DNA of 63,364 nt, filler included, from Sphacelaria rigidula (taxonomy: Eukaryota), in NCBI GenBank assembly GCA_964200075.2. It is 8 parts of 8 records of this genome, joined end to end, with 100 filler letters (N's around TTAATTAATTAA, not from the genome) between each part and the next. Parts side by side here need not be neighbours in the genome. Positions count along the whole stretch, not along the records: positions 23,801 to 31,633 come from CAXNAA020013314.1; positions 31,734 to 39,566 come from CAXNAA020013315.1; 6 more parts are not named here. One strand, given 5' to 3'. The notes under the pieces are model-generated. The model saw nothing but the letters and a program-made list of their open reading frames with translations, was not told the DNA's origin and did not search any database. Shown piece after piece: positions 26,701 through 37,308 of the stretch (positions are counted from its first letter, which is position 1; every line of letters begins with the position of its first letter). A program made the translations under genes and the position numbers.

Positions 26701-28689
26701 GATTAGCCCATCGGTCGGGGGTGGAAGTATTCAGCCGGAATCCGGATAGGAGATTCAGATTCCGAATGCAGAGGGTCGGAGAAGAACGACTCGACATCGG
26801 AAGCGGGAAACGACAATGATAATGATTCCGCGTTTTGATGCAGTCTTCTGGGAAGTTTCGGAGGCATTATTTCCGTAGATAGGTCGCACGCAGAGATCTG
26901 TGACATTCCAGGTTGTCTTCTCCAGGAAGTAGTCATCAACCGTGCTTTGTGTACATAGTGACGGTGTTTGGTGCATGGTGGGGTGCACCCTTTCGTGCAC
27001 AAGTGTATGGGAGTTGATGCGGTGACGCCGTTGGGCACATCGCCGGCTGTGTATTAGGCTAAAATATTAGTGTGAGGCGGGTTCCGACCTAAGGCAGGAT
27101 TGGTGATTTCACCCGCTCGCCCCCCCAAAAACCACGGCTTTGTGGTTCTCTTTGCAACGCCCAATACAGACGTGTGAAAACATGGAATAAAGAAAAAAGT
27201 ACTTTGTCTCTCCGAACTCTCATTTTTCGCAACCTTAGCCGACTTTACTCTTTATATCATCGCCCCATTCGATTCCGCTTGGCCGATTCACGGGGGGTAG
27301 AGCCACTTAAATCGGGGATCAGAGGAAAATTCGAGGTGGCAGACGTATTGGTATGAGCGGTACTCAGGCTAGGATGCCCGAGAGTGTGGGTCGCTGTACC
27401 TCTGCGCCAAAATCGATTTCGACAGTTCTGACACCGGATTCGCCATCCCCAACCCCCAGATTATTATCTTGACGTAAACTGCACCCTGCTAAGATTGTCC
27501 GGCCCGAAGTGTACGGATTATCTTGCATTTGGATGACAGTCTGCAGTGGCTTGCTTTATTTTCTAGTCCACCACTTGGAGAGACAGCCACGGCTTATACA
27601 CTGCCTCATGGGTGTCTCACCATTGAAGCACTACGTGGTACGATCATCCGCATTGTGCGGAGTTGAGGTTCTCCCACGCCGCACAACATGATCTAGCTGG
27701 GCTGCCGTCATGGTTACCGCAAAAAAAACGTACGCGCAAAACAAATCATCAACCTGGTTGCCTAGCTGACGCATTGAGGGGCGTGTTTTACAGCGCCATC
27801 GCCAACCGACGCCAACCGCACAGGGGGTCCGACCCTACAAAGCCGGGACGGGGCACGCCGGGTTTTGCCGGACCAGGCTAACTAACAAATTATTGGGGGG
27901 GGGAGGCGCCCCCCCTTCCCCCTCCTTCCCCCAAAACACCCTACTTCAGCTCGGAATCCGCCCTCAATCGAACGATTGTATCGACACAAAACCAAAATTT
28001 TGCCTCAAACCATAGCATTCACTTGGCCTATTCAAAATCTGTACTGTGCAGCACTACCAAAGCACGGGCATCGACCGCTCGTTGGGTGATATCGACTGCG
28101 TTCTGACAGCGAGCAAACGGCTGGGAATCGTTGGTTTGACCAATACGCTGAACGTTAAAAAAATGTCTGATGATGATGTTATCCATCGCCCTCTTCGACA
28201 TGCTTCAGATTGAATCATCTGTACCGAATCGAACGATCGATGTGACCACCTACCCTCGGCATCACACATCGGTGCCATTTTGTAGTATCGCCCTTTTGAT
28301 ATTGAGAGGTTTCGGTCTCGCTGACGAGACAAGGAGTCGACAGTACGTGTGCTTACGCGGGCGCGCGCGTTACACCGTGCGCGGCGATCTCCTAAACGCT
28401 TCACGCGCCACCTCAGCGACGACGACATGCACGAGTTTGTTTTGCGAGCTGGACCAGCCCTAGAGGCGAATTTGAAGTTTTCAGGCACATACGCCGGCGA
28501 ATATTTAGAGTTGGAGCGTAAAAAATGGTGTGGACAATGCATAGGGCATAAAAAAAAACGAAAGCACCGAAAGATTTCTTTCATGAGATAGGGGCGTTTT
28601 ACTGATACCTGAGAACTGATTATTTCCCTTAACTCATGAAAAAAAAACGTTTTAACGGTGGATTCTCGAAAATGGGGTTGAACATAAAA

Positions 28690-29039
28690 TGAGGGTCAAC
28701 TCAAAAGCCGTGCTTTCCCTCACCTAAATTCGTGACAAATGACTTTCATACGGACGACCCCGTCCCTTCCGACCTGCCTGAAACTATTTCGGGGAATTTC
28801 TAGCCTTCGGTTCCCCTAAAGGGTACGTGCGAAAGCTCGATTTTGTGGCCGAAAAACGTCCGTTTTTCAACCCGAAATCGAGCCAAGAGTGTGCTTTCGC
28901 AAATACCCAGTGGAGGAACGGAAGGCTAGAAACTCCCCGAAATAGTTTAAGGAAGATTGGGAGAGATGGGGTCGTCCGTATGAAAGTCATTTATCATCAA
29001 TTTAGGTCAGGGAAAGCACGGCTTTTGAGTTGAACCTCA
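28690..29039. mobile_element. Foldback palindrome (~350 bp, ~170-bp arms)
   Basis: GAGGGTCAACTCAAAAGCCGTGCTTTCCCT...AATGACTTTCATACGGACGACCCC is mirrored at the right end. Centre AAAAACG-TC-CGTTTTT at ~28860. Confidence 0.9.
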
Positions 29040-29407
29040 CTTTTTTTTCAATCCTATATTCGACAATCCACTGTTTTTTTGCGCTTTCGTTAAGAATATT
29101 GGGGCAATATACAAAAAAGGGTACACCCTGGTGCTTTCGGAACAAAAAAGGGTAACGTACTTTTCGCTTTGGGGCGCCTCGCTGCCCGCGGGCTGAACAC
29201 CTCGAAAACACGTTCCAGCGCCTCAGCCTCACGCTCAAGGTGTCTAGGCAGCATACGCGTTCATTTTTTTTCATTTTCACAAGTGTTACTGGGCTGAAGC
29301 CGAAAATAAGAGCCTGTGAGACTACCCTTTTTTGGAAGCAAACCAGGAGGGTGCACCCTGCCCTCTACTAAAAATTTATATCTCATCCTTTTTTGCTTTA
29401 CTGTTGA

Positions 29408-30058
29408 CCCTTTTCTGTGAAGTGGTGACCCTTTTTCATGAAGTGGTGACCGTACCGCCGTCTCGGCACAAGTTACGCCGAGCGGTCACAACCATAGCCA
29501 TTTTCGGTAAAATTACACCCCACCAAAAAAGGCCGAAACCCAACGACCAGAAGAGTGGAGCCCCCCTGTTGGTTGGCCCGAAGACCCAGAAGATGCAACA
29601 ATGCATACCGGTCGCTTGTGTGCAGGAGCTCACAAAGATCCAACGAACATGGGTGAACATCTTGCCGATACACCAGCCCGAACGGCATCATGTGGCGACA
29701 ACATCAGACCGTTGCCGGATCTGCAATTATTTGCGGCTCGGAAACGGAGATGGACATCGACTGGATTCCGGATTGGAGAAAAAATGCCTGAATCGAACGA
29801 CGTAGACTCTACAATCGGGTGTCTTCCTCCGATCGTCAACGTTGGATCTTTGTGAGCTCCGACACACAAGCGACCTGTATGCGTCGTTGGATCTTCCGGG
29901 TCGTCGGGTCAAACAACAGGGGGGGGCTCCACTCTTCTGGTCGTTGGGTTTCGGCCTTTTCCGGTGGGGTGTAATTTTACCGGAAGTGGTTATGTGTGTG
30001 GCTGCTCGACGAAACTTTTGCCGAGACGGCGGTACGGTCACCACTTCACAAAAAAGGG
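29408..30058. mobile_element. MITE with long TIRs (~220-240 bp) and ~190-bp spacer
   Basis: CCCTTTT..TGAAGTGGTGACCGTACCGCCGTCTCGGCA...GAGCTCACAAAGATCCAACG is mirrored at 29840-30058. Confidence 0.9.
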
Positions 30059-31633
30059 TAAAATAACAAGTTTTAGCATATGGCAAGCATTGTGAGTGGA
30101 AAGATTTTTCACCAATCATAGTCCTGAAATATACCAAAGTGCGGCGACCTGTCTTCACTCAGGTGAGAAAAACGAGTGGAATATGAGTCAAAAAAGTATC
30201 TTTGATTGGCCCACACATTCCGCCGCTGCGACACAGACAGCTGCTACCGTCAATAAACGAGAAGACAGCAGCTCCGTGCTGGCTCCGTTTGTTTGTCCCA
30301 ACCTGCACGCACCCGCCTGGCGTGTCTTCCCCCATCATAGCACCCGACTATAACTGGAGTACCAGAGAAGACTCAACAGACAGCTGTACAGCCATCACGT
30401 GACGATTGTTTCAACCTTTCTTTGTTTCGACAGCACCTTGATCCCGCCCCAATTCTGTGCAGCCCGAAACACAGCATGGGGCAGTACAACTGCTCAGGCA
30501 CTCTCCGGTACACATCGCACCGTGATCGTCGTAGAGTGTTTAGATGCCCAACAGCACAGCGAGAACTACAGGGAGCACCTTATTCCTTTGACTCGAGACG
30601 AAACATTACGAGAGTCATTTCAATATTGTGGGCGTAGTTTGAAAATATTGAGCTCTTTTGTTTCCATATGCGTTCCGAATTTGAGTACATAATAAGCTGA
30701 CGCTCTGCAGACGCGAATCAGTAAAGCAACACAAGCTCCAGATTGCAGCTGACGCACCCCTCTGAACCACGCTAGCAACAGTTAGGTCACCACCGTAGGT
30801 ATCCTTTTTCACTCCGCAAGTCAAGAAGGTCTCCACCAGTGTTTGATCTCTCTCACACACACACACCCAACTGGCCTGTGGCAGGCTCTTGGGGTCCGGC
30901 GCCTGGATGGTCAGGTATCTCAAGGTAAAACCAACGATGAATAACACCCCCCAAGTTCAAATTGGAGCATCTGTTATTTTTGCCCCAGCGCACCGTTCTT
31001 GCTGGCATCTGTGTGAGAGAGAACAGTAGTAGCGGTGATGGGAACATTGCCCTGTTTTTCAGCGCACAGAGGCGCGTCCTGTCCAAAAGGAGAGGCAGAG
31101 AGAAATCGATCTTCGCATTGGTGAGCTCCAGAGACAAGAAGAGGCGAAATCTCTCCGCAGCTCGATGTTCTTTGGTGATACCTACCCGCACATGAGAAAT
31201 CCCGTACGTGCTGGTGACATCCATGATGCCAATCTGTCGGGCGATTGGTAATCGCCCAGCGAGGGCACACAAAGGACACGGGCGGAGAGATCCCTCTCTG
31301 CCGTTGCTTCTCTCTCTGGTGATATCGTCGTCGACACGCGTGTACACCGCATTCGTTAGGTGCACCTAGCCACAGCTGCTGAACTGCTGCGGACATTTGG
31401 GGGGGGAAATGGCTTCGCTCTGTGTTACTGTTTCGCTTCATCCTTGCAGAAAATATATGCCACTTAAACCTCACATGTGAGATGAACCCCCCTTTTCAGG
31501 ATCCGCTGTTTCATGTAGAGGAGGACCCTAGGTGATGCGATTGATAGTTTGATTCCGTATATTTCATACGTCGGACGAGCACGAGTGTCACTCGTGGCAC
31601 TCGTGCTCGTTGGGCTGCTCGTTGGCCGAAAAA

Positions 31634-31733
31634 NNNNNNNNNNNNNNNNNNNNNNNNNNNNNNNNNNNNNNNNNNNNTTAATTAATTAANNNNNNNNNNN
31701 NNNNNNNNNNNNNNNNNNNNNNNNNNNNNNNNN
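31634..31733. other. Artificial contig spacer
   Basis: N44-TTAATTAATTAA-N44. Confidence 0.99.
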
Positions 31734-31994
31734 AAGATTTGCTCTATTTTTCACGAGGATTCCAGCACGCTTGTCCGATCTTTCGTACTCCCAGTTTCAC
31801 TCTTTGCCGGATTCTGGATTTTTTTTGTCACCTGAAAAAACTTCGAGTTGTCAGCAAATAGTACGTATTTTTCCCGACAACTCGAAATTTTTTCAGGTTA
31901 CTGCAAAAATCCAGAATCTGGCCAAGAGTAAAACTGGGAGTACGAAAGATCGGACAAGCGTGCTGAAATCCTCGTGGAAAATAGAGCAAATCTT
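31734..31994. mobile_element. Foldback palindrome (~125-bp arms, cut by contig start)
   Basis: AAGATTTGCTCTATTTT.CACGAGGATT.CAGCACGCTTGTCCGATCTTTCGTACTCCCAGTTT is mirrored at 31925-31994. Centre near 31864. Confidence 0.9.
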
Positions 31995-32597
31995 TCCGAG
32001 GGGGCCAAATCCGCCAAGCCCCGTAATCCACCAATAATCCGAGGTGAAACGTTCAACAAGGCAATTCTCAGACAGATTTGTTTTCAGGCTATAAGAAGCG
32101 GCCTAAAGCAAGAAAAAACAAAGAACAGAGCAAAACAAATGAGATAAAAAAATAAAAAAATAAGAAGCCCAAGGGATTCAGGGCAGCAGAGTACATACAG
32201 ACACATTTTGTTTCAAATAAGTGGGACGTTATTGAGAACAAAGAAATGAGTTCCGCACGTGCAGTCGTACCGGACAAGAGACACAAACACTATTGCACCG
32301 CATGAGGAGCTGTACACCCGCAGAAATCCGCACCGAATCCCACAAGAAAATACAGGCCTAAACACATCACCACTCGATCACTGGCAACCATGTACGGGTG
32401 CATAATGAGCATAGCCCTTGCTACAGTAGCAAGTGCATCCTGCATTGAAACAAAATTACGAATCGTCTTACTACGAACGTACAAGGAAATATGGCACAAC
32501 CTTCCATCAGTCGGAGACCTGCCTTCTACCCCCCCTCAACTCCCGCCCTTACGGCGCACCTCCGCCTCCTCCTCGCCGCCACTGCAAACTAACGTCG

Positions 32598-35266
32598 TCA
32601 CTGACTGTTGATGAACGCGACGTCGATGTCTAGAATGTTACGGTGTGCTTTTTGCTTCTTGCGCATCGCCTCGATTCCGGCCTTCCCCTCCGGTACGTCG
32701 TCGCCTGCGTCTTTGAGTTGCGTCATATCATGGTACGCCCGGCAGTAGTCTCGAGTGCGTCGCGCAAAGCGTCGCACTCGGTCCAGCGTCAAAATTGTGG
32801 CGCGGCACAGAGACTTCACGATATTAGCATGTAGGTTTCTTGGCACCTCGTCGTTGATCTCCCGCCGGTAATGCTGCTTCGATATCCCCCAGGAATATTC
32901 GATCCCGACCCCTGCAACCTCCGGGTGGCACTTGGGCGATAGCACGAGAAGGTGGCCACGGCTCTCAACGGTGTGCTGCAGTGCTGTTCTCTCGTCCCGA
33001 AAGTCCGGCTACTTTCCCAGGACGGTTACGATGTTATTTTCTGGCCTCACCTTGTCTCCCGTCCCCACCTGGTCCACCCACAATCCGCGCTCCCATGACA
33101 CCTGCTTCATTCCCTTCGCTTTACCAACGTAACCCTCCTTGATATACTCCTCCGTTTCTTCAGTCGAGCTAGTTGCTCCCCCCGTTTCCTCGCCTTCTGG
33201 AACGGGAGCGCTGTCCTTCTTCTTCGGTGTTTTCTTTCGCACCATTTTCGTGTCTATCTCGGGGGCATCCACATCGTAAAAAGGTGGGGGGTCACCCGAC
33301 TTAAATGTCATGCATTGTGTGTCACCTACCTTGAGCTTCTTCGGATGAGGTGTGGCTCCTACTCTGTACTCTGTGCTCCACTTTTCACCGAGTTTATACA
33401 TAGTCGCGTGCGCGCTTCCCAGACACCCCTCCGTCATTGTGGTATCCCGTGATACTTTCTGCTTCCCCCCGTATTTGACGTTCATGCTTGATGTTTGCAG
33501 TCCATCCTCACACATTTTCGCGTGTCCCGCAGAGTGGTCCACCTCAAACACTATTTGCTTGTCGGGTTCGACTCTCTCTAGGACATCCATGATATCCACC
33601 ACCTGCTTTTCGAAGTGCTCGAACCCCCATTAGCCACCTTTGGTTTTCCCGAAAACAAGATGTCGCGTGCCTGGAGTCCTTTGCGGCGCCGGGCGGCCCC
33701 GTTCCTCGCGAAACTTGTTCACCCGCTCCAGCTCATCTTTCGTCAGAGGCAAACCGAAGCCACGCGTCTCGTCCTGGAAAGCCGAAATCATATCTCCCGC
33801 CCCCTCCGTTTTCTTTCGCAGGCCACGCACTCCCTGGATCACCCACTCATTGCCCTCACGCGCGTACACTTTGTAAATGCTTTCGTCTTGGCCAAAATAG
33901 TACACCTTACGATCGCACTTGCACACCTCCTTTGAATGATGCGCCTTGCAGGAGGTACTGACAGCTTTTGGAAGGTGGACGCTGTAGCGCCTACCATCTG
34001 GCCCGAGAGCTTTGCGGAGTGCATCGAACGTTTCGATCACTCCGCCATCGTTCAAGAGGTCAACGTGGAACTCGATGCACGCCTTACCATTAATTTCACA
34101 CTCGTATACCTCCGCATCGTCAGTCTCGTCGCCGGTCCCCTCCAGAACCTCAAAGTTCGCTAGCTCCTGTTCATGTTCAGACAGAGAAGCGTTTTCCACA
34201 TGCTCCCACAGCGGTTGTCCTAATGCGATTTCCCGCTTCTCCTTGATGTACTCGTTGCGACTTTCCACTATATCAGGCCTCTCATGGCCGTCAGTGTAAT
34301 ACGATTGACTGTGCCTCTCGTACGTACACCCCAGTTTTGTCACGCATGAGTGGATCGTGGATGCGGAGATAGGGAGTGTCAGACTATACCGCTCCAGCTG
34401 CATCATCCCTCCTTTTCCCTCGAAGAAGCTGTCATTGATGTATCGACGGATCGAGTTGATATTGAGCCGCTTCTGCGACTTGAGCCACCGTAAGAGCTTC
34501 AGATTCAGATCCTCCTCGTTGAATATCCACTCCCTCTCAAACGCCCCCCTTCCGTCGCGCTTGAAGTACCCCTTGGTTTTCTTGAGTTCATCCGCCCACT
34601 TCAGAACTGTCCGAGGCTTCAAGCCGTCGAGGTCGGAACGCATCACGACGTCGACCGCGATCTTCAACAGAGACGATTCATGGCGAAGCGCTAGCGCATC
34701 TGACATAAGACCGTACACGCGATGATCGGCGGTCCTCACGGCAGTTTTTGTTGCGGGCGCGCCTCCTTCGCAAATACGATTGGCAGCCTCCAAGTATTCC
34801 AAGACGTTTCCGTTACACTGACATTCTGCCTTCAGAATTTCGAAGGTTGTATACGCTTGGTAGCCCAGACGGTCCATCTACACGGCCGACACAGGCGCGG
34901 GCACGCTGCACCCCAGCTCTGCTGCATTTTGAACTTGTGGGTACACGTCCTCGTCGGGCAGGAGTAGCATATGTCGACGTGGGAGCAGATGTGCCCCAAG
35001 GCGCTGGATTAATGAACCGAGATATTTATTCTTCGTCTTCAGTCCCGCGATCCATCGACCAAGGTAGGAAGCACGCCTGCTGAATCTGCCAGAAATCATT
35101 TCACCCCTCCTCCGCCAACCCCGTTCCACGCATCTTCGCTCTCGGCTGGAAAGCGCCGACGACGCAGCGAAATCCGTTCGGGTAATTCCGTGGCCTTCCA
35201 GGCGTAGCCGCTTAAGTCTTCGCTCATCGATGCAGTTGAGAGAGGCGAGGCTGTTGAGCGATTTCC
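32598..35266 (-). pseudogene. Transposase exon 3: DDE catalytic core with three in-frame stops
   Basis: One frame links ORFs 34878-35129, 33630-34877, 33009-33602 and 32598-32945, with stops at 34878-80, 33630-32 (GG*WG, cf. GYW) and 33009-11. Motifs: YYTDGHERPD, GQDESIY (D1), FEVDHSAGH (D2), GKAKGMKQVSWERGLW, PDF, SPKCHPEVAGVGIEYSWG (E). Acceptor CACATTCCACAG at 35267. Confidence 0.88.
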
Positions 35267-35646
35267 CTGTGGAATGTGGCGAGCGGTTGAATTTCGCCGC
35301 GGTGGGTTACACAACAGGGTCACCGAAGTGTGTCGGCGCACAGGTAACACCGGGCCTTTGAGTGAGGTTGTGAATGGGGGACACCAGCCATAAGAGTGGG
35401 ACAGACTGTGGCTCTAAGAGTAGCAAGACAGTTGTCAACCGTATAGACAGCATGTTGCACGCCCTACAACGCAGCGTGCGCGCGTAATGAACGACGCCAT
35501 CTGCAGAACATCACGTCAGGCGAATACACTTGCCGTACCCGAACGTCATCATGAAAAGTGTGGATTATGGCACCGTGTCAAACCTCCAGGATGCAGCAAC
35601 AGCACGCGCAGTAGTCACGACATACGCACGACCTGCGATGACTCAC

Positions 35647-36000
35647 CTCGGGGAATCACAGGTTCCTTATAATGGGATCCCGTCGCTACCTGTGGCGAGC
35701 GATCATCAGTGAGGAGACCCCTCTTCTTCTCTTCCCAACTCAACCTCCACTCCTCAGCCGCTGCCTCGGCCTCGTCACGTGTACCAAACCGCTGCGATAA
35801 CTTCCGCTGAACCTTTTCCCCTCTCGCAGGCGTGTACCGGAGAGTTGAACGAAACATCCCTCCGGGCTTCTCCTCTCGCACACGAGGTGTAGAAGTCTTC
35901 TTCCACTCCCGTTCCGCCACGGGAGAACTGGGTTGCCTATATTCCTTGTTGGAGTCCAATGTGTTTGCTCGAGGGGCGTTGTTGCTGTTGATCGATTCCC
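35647..36000 (-). CDS. Predicted transposase exon 2 encoding an AP2-like DNA-binding domain
   Basis: 354-nt symmetric phase 1-1 exon. Acceptor CTAAC...CACATTCCACAG|, donor G|GTGAGT. Peptide ...FRSTLRYTPARGEKVQRKLSQRFGTRDEAEAAAEEWRLSWEE. Confidence 0.7.
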
Positions 36001-36678
36001 CTGTGGAATGTGACAGTGAATTGGATTTCGTCGTCGTGGATTTCAGTTCCGTTAGTTTAACGTGCAGGAGAGCAGCAGCCATTCCGTCCATTCCAAACCC
36101 CATCCTTCGGCGCGACAAATGAACCACGAATCCGAACCACAACATGTGCACACTATCTTTGTGATTTGTTTGAGACTACCCCGCATGTCATCGTCGGAAG
36201 GGTGATGTCTTGCGTCATATTTCATCGGCAGCAAGGAGCAGCAGCGACAGCAGCAGTTGCACCCCTACAGACGGCGCTGCGCAACAACACAAGCAGTGGC
36301 ACTCGTGAAAGCACAACCCTTACGCATTCGCGAAGTGCAAAAGGCAGACGAAGCGTGCGGCTAAACGACCAGAAAGTGCCCTACATGCATTACCACCCTC
36401 GATGTGAACACATCTGCATGGTAGTTGCTGACGGACACCGTCTCAAACGTAACTTCAAACGGAAGAGAAGCAGCATGCGCTGCGCACTGTATGCCACACA
36501 AGGAATGTTCCGTCAACAACGATCGACGTTCCCTATTGAACATAACCTCAGGCGTCAAGATTTGGTCCGACCACGACTTCTGCCACGGAGGGGTGGGCTC
36601 TACGGTCATATGCGCAGTACAGACTGCAGCAGCAACAATAGTAGAACGAGTAACAAGCCACAGCCTCGAAGGACTCAC

Positions 36679-36991
36679 CCAAGGGAACGACTGATTGCTC
36701 ATGACCTGAGCTCCTGATCGCTCCTGGCAAGTTACCACTAGTGGGTCGACCCCTCCTCCCTTCCTCCCAGTTTAACCTCCATCCCTCGGCAGCTGCTTCC
36801 GCCAGCTGTCGTGTTTCGAAACGCGAAGATTTCTTCCGCTCGGGCCTTTCACCCTTCCCTGGTGTGAACCTCAGCGACAGACGATACTTTCGAGACTTCC
36901 TCTCTACATGAACAGTGGGTACAGAAGTCTTCGACCATAGGTTTCCCCTCGCAGAAGAGCTGGGTGGCGTGTTTTCGTTGTTCATGTCCAT
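36679..36991 (-). CDS. Predicted transposase exon 1 encoding an AP2-like DNA-binding domain
   Basis: ATG at 36991 (MDMNNE...) to the phase-1 donor G|GTGAGT. Peptide ...YRLSLRFTPGKGERPERKKSSRFETRQLAEAAAEGWRLNWEE, a clear paralogue of exon 2. Confidence 0.7.
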
Positions 36992-37234
36992 CGCTACCAC
37001 CAGCACAAGTGGCCGACGTGGCCACTTGTGCCTCAATTCTCTAATTCCACCGCATTTTTGTCGGCACAACACAGCATCCAACGGTTTCAGATGCGTTTTG
37101 TTTCTTCAACTCAACTCGCAAGCGATTTAACTTCAGTGTAGGATGGTGGGAATCGAAGGGAAGGCATGGGCCCACGCTGGAGAGCACATGGGCATCTGCT
37201 CCTTGTTGAGACGATTAATTTGATATGCGGACCA

Positions 37235-37308
37235 AGGCCTAATTCGTGTCCGGTGATGGGATATTGCTCTGACAGTTCAACTCCGTTTTTAGGCTGGCCC
37301 AGCTCGTA
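37235..37308 (-). repeat. Transposon terminal inverted repeat plus TA target site
   Basis: GATATTGCT...TCCGTTTTTAGGCTGGCCCAGCTCG|TA. Homology to 47600-47668 stops right after TA. Confidence 0.8.

Larger units (their letters stand above)
32598..37308 (-). mobile_element. IS630-Tc1-mariner-type DNA transposon (one terminus visible)
   Basis: DDE transposase pseudogene plus an upstream terminus TA|CGAGCTGGGCCAGCCTAAAAACGGA ending at 37306, with TA at 37307-37308. The other TIR is not found in the contig. Confidence 0.8.

Noticed and set aside
35096-35350. ORF MSEDLSGYAW... as the transposase N-terminus via a frameshift
   Set aside because: The phase-1 splice model reads through this region in the transposase frame without any frameshift.
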